From: a bacterium
Lineage (GTDB): Bacteria > Patescibacteriota > Dojkabacteria > JAKAPS01 > JAJZLI01
Assembly: GCA_021785355.1 (NCBI GenBank)
Contig: JAJYFR010000001.1
Coordinates: forward strand, 199,096-263,095
Direction of reading: 5' to 3'
DNA: 64,000 nucleotides
Every line of letters starts with the position of its first letter. Within the stretch, counting starts at the first letter, position 1. Positions 1 through 8,723 of this stretch are shown here, one piece after another. The notes beneath the pieces are model-generated. The model was not told where the DNA came from. It worked only from the letters and a program-made list of their open reading frames with translations, and made no database searches. Made by a program: the position numbers and the translations under genes.

Positions 1-1
1 A

Positions 2-976
2 GAACAAATTATAGAGAAGAATAGTAAATTATATATATTCATTGATGAAATACAATATTTAGATGATCCTTCCAAATTTCTTAAGTTGATGGTAGATCAT
101 CACAAATATATAAAACTTATTGTCTCAGGATCATCTAGTTTTGATATAAAATCTAAATTTTCAGATTCTTTAGTTGGAAGAACTATTAATTTTGATATTT
201 TTAACCTTTCTTTTAATGAGTTTTTAAGATTTAAAAATGTAAATTATAATCTAAATAAGTTATCTGATATACACCTAGAAAAAGTGATTAAACTATATAA
301 AGAATATGTTCTTTACGGTGGATACCCACAAATAGTTTTAGAAAATTCAATAGAAAAAAAAGAGAGATATCTGCAACAAATAATAGATACATATGTAAAA
401 AAAGATATAAGAGATCTGACTAATATAAAAGATATAAGAAAGTTTAATAATATATTAAAAATATTAGCACAACAAACAGGGAATTTATTAAATGTTAATA
501 CATTATCGGTAAGTTGTGGGATTTCAAAAGAAACAATTGAAAATTATCTGTTTATACTTGAAAATACATATATTATTAAATTAGTCCCACCATTTAGTAC
601 AAATGCAAAAATAGAAGTGATAAAAGCTCCCAAAATATTTTTTTATGATACTGGATTATTACAACTACTTTGGTTAAAAACTTTACAAAAAACAATATTG
701 GGAAATGTTTTTGAAACAAGTATATTTTCTGAACTTGTAAAAAAATATGGATTTGAAAATATCAATTATTGGAGAACAAAAAATCAAGAAGAAATAGATT
801 TTATCCTCACAAAGAAAGGTGAGATTATTCCGATCGAAGTAAAGATGGGGTTCAATTTGTTAAAGAAATCATCCCTTCAATTGTTTATTAATAAATATAA
901 TTCTCAAGAATATAAAATTGTAGGGCTAAACAAAATAAGAGAGGTGGAGAATTTTATTTATCCTTGGGATTTATAA
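2..976 (+). CDS. AAA+ superfamily ATPase, COG1373/DUF4143-like (5' end truncated by window)
   Basis: Frame 2 is open from position 2 (…IFIDEIQYLDDP… = Walker-B-like hhhhDE); long C-terminal domain typical of DUF4143 ATPases; ORF continues upstream of the window. Confidence 0.5.
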   Translation, partial: EQIIEKNSKLYIFIDEIQYLDDPSKFLKLMVDHHKYIKLIVSGSSSFDIKSKFSDSLVGRTINFDIFNLSFNEFLRFKNVNYNLNKLSDIHLEKVIKLYKEYVLYGGYPQIVLENSIEKKERYLQQIIDTYVKKDIRDLTNIKDIRKFNNILKILAQQTGNLLNVNTLSVSCGISKETIENYLFILENTYIIKLVPPFSTNAKIEVIKAPKIFFYDTGLLQLLWLKTLQKTILGNVFETSIFSELVKKYGFENINYWRTKNQEEIDFILTKKGEIIPIEVKMGFNLLKKSSLQLFINKYNSQEYKIVGLNKIREVENFIYPWDL

Positions 977-1102
977 TAATAATTCAATATTAAATTCATT
1001 CTGGTCATAGTACATACCTATTGGCATTTGCAATGGGGTTATCGCATCTGGTGGGAGACCGTAGAAGATATTCTAACTTTTAAAATAAATATAATTTAGA
1101 AT

Positions 1103-1466
1103 TTATTTATAAACTTCATCATGTGTCTCTATATCATATACAATAATTGTATCTTTAGATACTTCTCTATATATTAATCTCATGTTATATTCTATAAAAA
1201 TTGCTTTTAGTCTTTTTAAATTCCATTTTAAATAATGATTTTTTAAACTTGGATGTTCTGGATTATCAATGAATATATTCCATTTCTTATCAAAGGAGTC
1301 TTTGAATCTTCTATTCTTCAGAATAACTTTTCTGTATGCGTTACATAGATATGAGACTTTGGATGTAAATTCAGTATAAAATTTATAGGTGATAAATAAT
1401 TTATACCTGAATGTACTCTGTCTGTATTGTACCAGATTAGAGGATCTATTAAATTCTTATTGAAAT
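1103..1466 (-). pseudogene. RelE/ParE-family toxin remnant (stop-free frame, no ATG/GTG/TTG start)
   Basis: Minus-strand frame translates …NPEHPSLKNHYLKWNLKRLKAIFIEYNMRLIYREVSKDTIIVYDIETHDEVYK*; the C-terminus parallels the RelE-like ORF at 6724-6987 (…LVDIGTHDEVYR); only internal Met; lies directly downstream of tRNA-Arg 3' end. Confidence 0.35.
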
Positions 1467-1521
1467 TTAATAAATCTGATGCTAAGCAGTCCAGAATGTT
1501 TTGTAACTTACCAGGTTTTTT

Positions 1522-1595
1522 TGCTCTCGGCAGGACTCGAACCTGCAGTCTTCTCCTTAGAAGGGAGTTGCTTTATCCTATTAAGCTACGAAAGC
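1522..1595 (-). tRNA. tRNA-Arg (anticodon TCT)
   Basis: Cloverleaf folded by hand: acceptor GCTTTCG/CGAGAGC, D-arm GCTT-AATAGGATA-AAGC, anticodon loop CTTCTAA, T-loop TTCGAGT; 74 nt, CCA not encoded. Confidence 0.8.
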
Positions 1596-1597
1596 AT

Positions 1598-1675
1598 TGG
1601 GGTAAATGGTGGGATTTGAACCCACGACCTACCGCTCCACAGGCAGTCGCTCTAACCAACTGAGCTACATTTACC
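1598..1675 (-). tRNA. tRNA-His (anticodon GTG) with encoded G-1 and CCA
   Basis: Acceptor GTAAATG/CATTTAC, extra 5' G-1 opposite discriminator C73, anticodon loop CTGTGGA, T-loop TTCAAAT, 3' CCA encoded; bacterial-type tRNA-His. Confidence 0.85.
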
Positions 1676-1702
1676 AAAGAACTTAATTATTTTATCATAT
1701 TA

Positions 1703-2278
1703 TTATATTTTTATACTATTCCCTACCCTGATATTATTTTTTTCTACAAAACTTGGGTTTACTTCTATTACATATTTTGAATTATATTTTGGCTTATATA
1801 ATAAACATTTATTACTTGTACACGGAATAGCTTTTATAATTTCTACTATCTTATAGTTTGAAGATATAAATAACATATCCAAAGGTATGTAAGTATATGC
1901 CATCCAAAATGTATGAATACTATTATGGTTAAATGTAAATAACATACTTTGTTTTTCTTCAAGATTAGTATCTTTCATTAAGCCTACTTCTTGTTCTAGG
2001 GTCGTAGTTGCTAGATTTGTAGATAAAACATTTTTTCCTATATAGATATTTATAATTTTCTCTTGAGATCTAATTTCTTGAGCTTTTTGTTTTGTTACTT
2101 GTACAGAATTATTTATATTTAAATATAAAGAGGGAGTATGTTTTGTATTATTTTGTGTTACTTTTGTTTTTTGAGGTTGAAATAAATATATTATACCTAT
2201 TCCAATAAGTATAAATAAAGATGGATATATAAAATATCTAGAAAGTGTGAAATAAAAATTTTTATCTTTTATATCCAT
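1703..2278 (-). CDS. DUF192 (COG1430) family protein with N-terminal membrane anchor
   Basis: GLM…MLFTF…FWMAYTYIPLDMLFI motif pattern characteristic of DUF192; N-terminal hydrophobic helix. Confidence 0.5.
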   Translation of the reverse strand: MDIKDKNFYFTLSRYFIYPSLFILIGIGIIYLFQPQKTKVTQNNTKHTPSLYLNINNSVQVTKQKAQEIRSQEKIINIYIGKNVLSTNLATTTLEQEVGLMKDTNLEEKQSMLFTFNHNSIHTFWMAYTYIPLDMLFISSNYKIVEIIKAIPCTSNKCLLYKPKYNSKYVIEVNPSFVEKNNIRVGNSIKI

Positions 2279-2355
2279 ATATAAATCATATTATAACAAA
2301 TCTAATTTTTTTATTTGACATTTTCTTTAAATTATTTTACTCTCATAAGTTAATT

Positions 2356-3966
2356 ATGAAGTTAATTTTTATTTCTGGAGGAGTAATATCAGGTATAGGA
2401 AAAGGCATTAGTGCTGCTTCAATAGGGTTACTCCTTGAAAAACACTCATTAAAAGTCTCTTTTTTGAAATGTGATCCTTACATAAATATAGATGCTGGAA
2501 CTATGAATCCGGTAGAACATGGTGAAGTCTTTGTAACTGATGATGGATATGAGATGGATATGGATGCAGGTCATTATGAGAGGTTTATGGATATAACAAT
2601 ATCTCATAAAAACTCTATAACTACAGGGCAAATTTATTCTCAAGTAATACAAAATGAAAGAAATTTAAAATATGATGGAGCTTGTGTTGAAGTTATACCA
2701 CATGTTAGAGATGAAATTATAAGGAGAATAAAAGAAGCTTATAAAGGAAGTGATCTTTTAATAATAGAAATTGGAGGTACAATAGGAGAATATCAGAATG
2801 ATATATATTATGAGGCAGAAAGATACTTAAAACAGATATTAAAGGATGATTTGGTACATATACATATAAGTTATCTTCCTATACCAAGTAGTATAGGAGA
2901 AATGAAAACTAAGCCTACTCAGCAATCTGTTATATTATTAAATCAAAGGGGAATTTTTCCTAATATAATTATTGGTAGATCACAAGAGCATATAGATACA
3001 CCTAGAAGAAAGAAGATTGCAATTGCAACAAATGTATCAGATGAAAATATTTTTTCTAATATGGATGTGAGTAGTATATATAAAGTTCCGATCCAATTTT
3101 ATGATCAGAAATTAGACCTTAAGATATTAGAATTATTAAATATAAAGGGGAAGAAAATTAATTTTGAAGATTGGGAGAATTTTGTTTCAAAAATTGAATC
3201 AAAACCCAAGAGTATACTTAATATAGGTATAGTATCTAAATATCATAATAGCGGTAAATTTTCATTAGAGGACTCATATGTTTCTGTTATAGAATCAATT
3301 AAAATTGCATGTTGGGAGAGTGGAGTCGGCTTTAATATTATATGGGTTGATTCTGAGAATATAGATGAAAAAGAGTTAGAAAAGTGTGATTCATTTATTG
3401 TTCCTGGAGGTTTTGGTACTAGGGGTATAGAAGGCAAGATTAAAGCTATACAATATGCAAGAGAAAATAAAAAACCATATTTGGGTTTATGTTTAGGAAT
3501 GCAACTTGCTGCAGTTGAATTTGCTCGTAATGTATGTGGAATAAAAGATGCAACTTCTGAAGAAATAGATATAAAGTCTAAAAATAAAATAATTCATATA
3601 ATGCCAGATCAGGAGAAAAAATTATTAAATAAAGATTATGGAGCTAGTATGAGATTAGGATTGTGGGAGTGTGTTTTAGATAAAAAGAGCAGAGCTTATA
3701 AAGCATATAAAAAAGATGTTATAAAAGAAAGGCATAGACATAGATATGAATTTAATAATGATTATAAAGAAATATTTGAAAGTAAAGGTATGTTATTTTC
3801 AGGCAGATCTCCAGAGGGAGAATTAGTAGAAATAATGGAATTAAAAGAACATCCATTTTTTATAGGAGTTCAATTTCATCCAGAATTTAAGACCAGACCT
3901 CTTATACCCCATCCCCTATTTTTAGAATTTATATTATCTACAATAAAAAATAATGGTACTATCTGA
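2356..3966 (+). CDS. pyrG: CTP synthase
   Basis: N-terminal synthetase domain (ISGGVISGIGKGI) plus C-terminal class-I glutamine amidotransferase (GLCLGMQ…HRHRYE); 536 aa; TGA stop. Confidence 0.95.
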   Translation: MKLIFISGGVISGIGKGISAASIGLLLEKHSLKVSFLKCDPYINIDAGTMNPVEHGEVFVTDDGYEMDMDAGHYERFMDITISHKNSITTGQIYSQVIQNERNLKYDGACVEVIPHVRDEIIRRIKEAYKGSDLLIIEIGGTIGEYQNDIYYEAERYLKQILKDDLVHIHISYLPIPSSIGEMKTKPTQQSVILLNQRGIFPNIIIGRSQEHIDTPRRKKIAIATNVSDENIFSNMDVSSIYKVPIQFYDQKLDLKILELLNIKGKKINFEDWENFVSKIESKPKSILNIGIVSKYHNSGKFSLEDSYVSVIESIKIACWESGVGFNIIWVDSENIDEKELEKCDSFIVPGGFGTRGIEGKIKAIQYARENKKPYLGLCLGMQLAAVEFARNVCGIKDATSEEIDIKSKNKIIHIMPDQEKKLLNKDYGASMRLGLWECVLDKKSRAYKAYKKDVIKERHRHRYEFNNDYKEIFESKGMLFSGRSPEGELVEIMELKEHPFFIGVQFHPEFKTRPLIPHPLFLEFILSTIKNNGTI

Positions 3967-4501
3967 TGTTGATATAAGAAAAAGATTATCTAAGGATTTA
4001 AAAATTTCTCCTTTCTCAGAAGAATCGATACAGCCATCTTCATATGATTTGCATCTTGCATCTAAGTTTATTATATTTGATAATCATTTTACTGAAATTA
4101 TTGATGTAAAAGCTAAGAATACTAATTCTAAGATAGTAGATGTTAAGGATGAAGGTTATTTTTTAATACACCCTAATAATTTTATTTTAGGAGCAACTCA
4201 AGAAATTGTGAAAATACCTAATGATTTAGTTGCAAGGATAGAAGGAAAATCTTCTATTGGAAGATTAGGTTTAATAATACATGCAACTGCAGGCTATGTA
4301 GATCCTGGTTTTGAAGGGACACTTACTTTAGAAATGTTTAATCTTTCATCTCTTCCTATAAAGATATATGTCAATATGAAAATAGCTCAACTCTCATTTC
4401 TTGAAATGACATCTCCTTCTTCAAAAAAATATGGAGAATATAACAATAAATATCAAAATCAAATAGATCCTACAGAGAGTATGCTTTGGAAAGATTTTTG
4501 A
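3953..4501 (+). CDS. dcd: dCTP deaminase
   Basis: MVLSDVDIRK…SSYDLHL…GLIIHATAGYVDPGFEGTLTLE; 182 aa, typical dUTPase-fold dCTP deaminase. Confidence 0.85.
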   Translation: MVLSDVDIRKRLSKDLKISPFSEESIQPSSYDLHLASKFIIFDNHFTEIIDVKAKNTNSKIVDVKDEGYFLIHPNNFILGATQEIVKIPNDLVARIEGKSSIGRLGLIIHATAGYVDPGFEGTLTLEMFNLSSLPIKIYVNMKIAQLSFLEMTSPSSKKYGEYNNKYQNQIDPTESMLWKDF

Positions 4502-4521
4502 TTTTGATATATAATCTTTAT

Positions 4522-5754
4522 ATGCATCTTAAAGATAAGCAAGTATCCGATTTAATTGAGAAAGAAGAAAACAGGCAAATACATGTTATAAATCTTATAG
4601 CTTCTGAAAATTATGCAAGCAAAGATGTTAGAGAAGCTCAATCCTCTTTTTTTATAAATAAATATGCGGAAGGATATCCTAAGAAGAGATATTATTCTGG
4701 ATGTGAATATATTGATGAAGTAGAAAATTTAGCAATAGAAAGATGTAAGTCTCTATTTAATACTAAATTTGTTAATGTTCAGCCTCATAGTGGTTCTCAA
4801 GCTAATATGGCTGTATATTTTGGATTATTAAAACCTAAAGACAAAATACTTTCTTTATCTTTAGATCATGGGGGTCATTTAACTCATGGGTCTTCAGTAA
4901 ATTTTTCAGGTAATTTATTTAATTTTAAACACTATTTTCTTAATGATGAAGGATTTTTGGATTATTCCAAAATTGATAGTATTGCCAAAAAGTTCAAGCC
5001 TAAACTTATAATTGCAGGTGCAAGTTCTTATTCAAGATTTATTGATTTTAAAAAGTTTAGAGATATAGCAGATTCTGTAAATGCTTACCTACTTTCAGAT
5101 ATATCACATATCTCAGGCTTAATAGCATCATCTCTTCATCCTGATGCAATTAAACATTCACATATAGTTACTTCAACAACTCACAAAACATTAAGAGGTC
5201 CTAGAGGTGCTGTTATAATGTCAGATAATGAAGATATTTTTAAATTGGTCGAGAAATCAATTTTTCCAGGAATCCAAGGAGGGCCTCTTGAGAATGTTAT
5301 TGCTTCAAAAGCTATATCTTTTAAAGAAGCTTCTTCTGAATCTTTTAAAGAATATTCTAGAAGAGTAATACTCAATTCTAAAGCTTTCTGTGAAGCTTTA
5401 ACAATGAGAGGTTTTAACATTGTTTCAGGTGGTAGTGATAATCATTTATTTATAGTAGATTTAAGAAATTTTGAAATCAATGGAAAAGAAGCTCAAGATA
5501 TATTAGAAAAATATTCTATAAATGTTTCTAGATCTTTAGTTCCAAATGATACAGAAAAACCATGGATAACTAGTGGAATAAGATTAGGAACTCCAGCAGT
5601 ATCTTCTAGATATCTAAAAGAAAGAGAAATAGAAAAAATTGCAGATTATATTTTTTTTATTATTAAAAATAATAGAAATAAATTTGATGAAAGTTTAAAA
5701 AAAGAAATAGAAAAATTTATATCCCAATACCCTATCCCAGATTATTATGAATAA
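4522..5754 (+). CDS. glyA: serine hydroxymethyltransferase (start placed at internal ATG 4522 downstream of dcd stop)
   Basis: LIASENYAS…, GGHLTHGS…, THKTLRGPRG motifs (PLP-lysine region) of SHMT. Confidence 0.95.
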   Translation: MHLKDKQVSDLIEKEENRQIHVINLIASENYASKDVREAQSSFFINKYAEGYPKKRYYSGCEYIDEVENLAIERCKSLFNTKFVNVQPHSGSQANMAVYFGLLKPKDKILSLSLDHGGHLTHGSSVNFSGNLFNFKHYFLNDEGFLDYSKIDSIAKKFKPKLIIAGASSYSRFIDFKKFRDIADSVNAYLLSDISHISGLIASSLHPDAIKHSHIVTSTTHKTLRGPRGAVIMSDNEDIFKLVEKSIFPGIQGGPLENVIASKAISFKEASSESFKEYSRRVILNSKAFCEALTMRGFNIVSGGSDNHLFIVDLRNFEINGKEAQDILEKYSINVSRSLVPNDTEKPWITSGIRLGTPAVSSRYLKEREIEKIADYIFFIIKNNRNKFDESLKKEIEKFISQYPIPDYYE

Positions 5755-6541
5755 AATTTTTGATGGCAAAAAAGAATCTTTAAAAGTAAAAGAAGATTTA
5801 AAAAATAGATTAAAAAAGAATTTAAATATAGGCATAATACAATTAGGTGATGATGCGAACAGTAATATATTTATAAGGCAAAAGATTAATTTTGCTAAAG
5901 ATATAGGAGTAAATGTTAATTTATCTAAATTTCCAGAAGGGTATAAAGATTTAGGTAATATAATTGATGAATTTAATAAAGATAAAGAATTATCTGCATA
6001 TATCATACAATTACCTCTATTGGGTTATAAGAATTTGAATATTTTAAATAATATTAATGAGAATAAAGATATAGATTGTTTGAATAAGATTAATTATGCA
6101 AAAGTTTTAGTAGGAGAATACAGTTTTGCCCCAGGTGTTTTCAGAGCATTTTTATATATATTAAATCAAACAGATATATCTAAAGATATGAATATACTTA
6201 TTATAGGTGGAGGGTTTGTAGGAAGATTGATAGCTAACTATCTTATAAGTAATAATTATAATGTAACAGTATTAGACAAATATTCCAAAGATATATCTTT
6301 ATACTTAGGTATTTGTGATGTAATAATACTAGCAACAGGATTAAAGGAGCAGATAAAGAAAGAGCAGATAAAGAAAGATTCTTATATTATAAATATTGGA
6401 GCTTCTTCTGATTTTGAAGGAAATATTATATCTGGTATAGAAGATGATTGTATTGATAAGACTAAATTTTTTGTTCCATTAAAAGGTGGTATTGGACCTA
6501 TGACAGTTGCTATGCTTTTCTATAACTTATTATTCTTGTGA
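5747..6541 (+). CDS. folD: bifunctional methylenetetrahydrofolate dehydrogenase/cyclohydrolase
   Basis: Rossmann GGGFVGR and C-terminal GGIGPMTVAML motif; follows glyA with 8-nt overlap; contains an in-frame 15-bp tandem repeat (KEQIKKEQIKK). Confidence 0.9.
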   Translation: MNKIFDGKKESLKVKEDLKNRLKKNLNIGIIQLGDDANSNIFIRQKINFAKDIGVNVNLSKFPEGYKDLGNIIDEFNKDKELSAYIIQLPLLGYKNLNILNNINENKDIDCLNKINYAKVLVGEYSFAPGVFRAFLYILNQTDISKDMNILIIGGGFVGRLIANYLISNNYNVTVLDKYSKDISLYLGICDVIILATGLKEQIKKEQIKKDSYIINIGASSDFEGNIISGIEDDCIDKTKFFVPLKGGIGPMTVAMLFYNLLFL

Positions 6542-6553
6542 TATTTCTTTTGA
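6531..6553. repeat. 23-bp direct repeat, left copy (tattcttgtgatatttcttttga), overlaps folD stop
   Basis: Perfect 23/23 match with 7627-7649; 26/27 if extended 4 nt upstream. Confidence 0.85.
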
Positions 6554-6723
6554 CAACAATTATGTCCCTTTTGTCTTAAGAGAGTTTACTCCTTTAAGAC
6601 TATTTTGAGTATAGGTGATAACATAATAATCATTTGAGATATATTAAAAAACTTACAAGAGTAATATAAATCATACCATAATTTTGTTGTCAAACCATGT
6701 AAAACATAGAGAGAATTTTATAT

Positions 6724-6987
6724 TCATCTATACACCTCATCGTGAGTACCTATATCAACAAGAGTAATTTTATTTTTATAAATATAAATTATTCTTAAAT
6801 CTTCTTCTACTGAAAAACTCCAATAATTACCATACTTACCTTTTAATTTATGAACTTTTAATGAAGGATTATTGATATCAGTCTTAAATAATTCAATCTT
6901 TAATAATATTCTTCTATATCTATTTATATCTTTCTTTTTATATCTATTAAGTTTTCGAAGACAAGATTTTTGAATCTTAATTTGCAT
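6724..6987 (-). CDS. type II toxin, RelE/ParE family
   Basis: 87 aa; C-terminal …YIYKNKITLVDIGTHDEVYR resembles RelE/ParE consensus (…RIGHRKDVY); overlaps upstream small ORF by 11 nt as in TA operons. Confidence 0.7.
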   Translation of the reverse strand: MQIKIQKSCLRKLNRYKKKDINRYRRILLKIELFKTDINNPSLKVHKLKGKYGNYWSFSVEEDLRIIYIYKNKITLVDIGTHDEVYR

Positions 6988-7255
6988 CTATTGAATCTAC
7001 TAATTTATCTAATTCATCAATAGTACTAAAAGATTCTAATTCTCCTTTTTCACTAAGCAAGATAGCTTCTTCTACTGATTTATCAACCCTTTTAGATGCC
7101 ACATATTCAGGATATGTACTTTCTTTTATATCTGTATATAGAATGTTTTTAACATAAGTAGTTAAACTAAAACCCATTGACTGAGCTTTCTCAGTTAATA
7201 AGTCTTTTGTAATCTTAGGTATAGTTACTTTTATTTGACTAGTATTAGTATTCAT
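6977..7255 (-). CDS. putative antitoxin (ribbon-helix-helix-like) of RelE/ParE module
   Basis: 92 aa; beta-strand/helix pattern IKVTIPK-ITKDLLTEKAQSMGFSLTTYVKNIL consistent with RHH fold; immediately upstream of and overlapping toxin gene. Confidence 0.5.
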   Translation of the reverse strand: MNTNTSQIKVTIPKITKDLLTEKAQSMGFSLTTYVKNILYTDIKESTYPEYVASKRVDKSVEEAILLSEKGELESFSTIDELDKLVDSIDAN

Positions 7256-7426
7256 ATTTTTATATTAATTAAACACCAAAATTGTACCATAATTGGTGAC
7301 ATACATCAAGATATTAAGTAGTATAAAGAAATATTGATTATATGTGTTTTGTAGTCTTAGTCTTTTCCAATTGAATAGAGTTTTATGTTAGAATATGGAT
7401 ATTTTAAATTTTTTATTTACTAAATT

Positions 7427-7459
7427 CCCCTAGTTCTTTCTTGATCTAGGGGTTTTTTA
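7427..7459 (+). terminator. intrinsic terminator-like hairpin (cccctag-N12-ctagggg + TTTTTT)
   Basis: Perfect 7-bp inverted repeat followed by a T6 run on the plus strand; no annotated plus-strand gene upstream. Confidence 0.45.
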
Positions 7460-7625
7460 TTGATATAGAATTAAAGATAATTTATACCATTTATCATATA
7501 TTAATCTAATTTTAGTGGATTGATATATTCTCTAACTTTAAAAACTCTTTTATGTATTATCTATATACCTTTAACTGATCACCATGTTTTGATCTTCACG
7601 CATTATAAATTTGAATGATAGTTTA

Positions 7626-8723
7626 CTATTCTTGTGATATTTCTTTTGAGATAATTAGAGCTGCATCTTTAGGTAATATTTCTTTTATATCAGTGTTATT
7701 TTTTAGAAGTTTTTCTATTAATTCTGAAAAATTATTAAATGTGAGATCTTTTTCTTTAATAATGTGAATATTATTGGAATAATTCTGAGCCATTTTTGCA
7801 TTATATATCTGATCTCCTTTATCCCCTATTTCTAAAGGTATAAAAATAGCCTTTTTATTTAATGCAAGTATTTCATATACTGTATTTGCACCACTTCTTC
7901 CTACTATTATATTAGAAATATTTAGAACCTCTCCTATTTCATTATCCCATATACCTTTATATATTAGATATTTTGAAGAATTTTCATGAGAGAGGGAATT
8001 TTTTATACTTATTGCTTTTGTAAAATCATCATATATCGTATTTGAACCTATTTGATGTATAAGGTTATATTTTTCTAAAAGTTTTTCTATATTATTAAAT
8101 ATAAACGTATTTATTAAATGAGATCCTTGATTACCTCCTGTTATATATATAATAGGATTATTATTTTCGAAATGTATATGTTCTGATTTATATTTAAAAA
8201 TTTCTTTTCTTAATATATTTCCAGAATATATAATTTTATTTTTATTTTTTATATATTCTTCACTCTCTTTCCACGATATAAATATTTTATCTGACATTTT
8301 AAAACTAATTTTGTCTGCAATTCCAGGTTTTATCGTTTGTATATGGGATAATATTTTTATATTGAGTAATTTTGCTGATATTATAACAGGAACTGATACA
8401 TAACTTCCAAAAGTAACAATTATATTAGGTTTGTATTTTAATATATAAAAGAAAGATTGTATAAATCCTAATGGAATTCTAATAAAGGAGATTAAACTTT
8501 CTAAACTAAGATATCTGTAAATCTTTCCAGTATATAGAGGTAGAAATTTTATATTATTATTTTTGCAAAATTCATATTCTTTGGAAAAAGATTTATCAAA
8601 TAATATTGTATGTTTTACCCCTATATAATATATATTGAGAGTATTACTATCTTTTATTTCTTCATATACTCCTAATGCAGGAGTGAAGTGTCCACCAACT
8701 ATAAAAACATTAGTTTTCTTCAT
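7626..8723 (-). CDS. murG: undecaprenyldiphospho-muramoylpentapeptide beta-N-acetylglucosaminyltransferase (GT28)
   Basis: N-terminal VFIVGGHFTPALGV (GGTGGH-like) and C-terminal GT-B domain; follows two SEDS genes. Confidence 0.8.
   Translation of the reverse strand: MKKTNVFIVGGHFTPALGVYEEIKDSNTLNIYYIGVKHTILFDKSFSKEYEFCKNNNIKFLPLYTGKIYRYLSLESLISFIRIPLGFIQSFFYILKYKPNIIVTFGSYVSVPVIISAKLLNIKILSHIQTIKPGIADKISFKMSDKIFISWKESEEYIKNKNKIIYSGNILRKEIFKYKSEHIHFENNNPIIYITGGNQGSHLINTFIFNNIEKLLEKYNLIHQIGSNTIYDDFTKAISIKNSLSHENSSKYLIYKGIWDNEIGEVLNISNIIVGRSGANTVYEILALNKKAIFIPLEIGDKGDQIYNAKMAQNYSNNIHIIKEKDLTFNNFSELIEKLLKNNTDIKEILPKDAALIISKEISQE
7627..7649. repeat. 23-bp direct repeat, right copy, overlaps murG 3' end
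   Basis: Identical to 6531-6553; on the plus strand it would also encode LLFL* (a folD-like end). Confidence 0.85.

Noticed and set aside
1427-1663. 78-aa plus-strand ORF from the six-frame track
   Set aside because: Entirely overlaps the two well-folding minus-strand tRNA genes (Arg-TCT, His-GTG); spurious.
3964-3966. Possibility of TGA recoding (genetic code 4/25, as in some candidate phyla)
   Set aside because: pyrG and folD terminate at TGA exactly where homologues end, and all long ORFs are intact with standard stops; code 11 fits.
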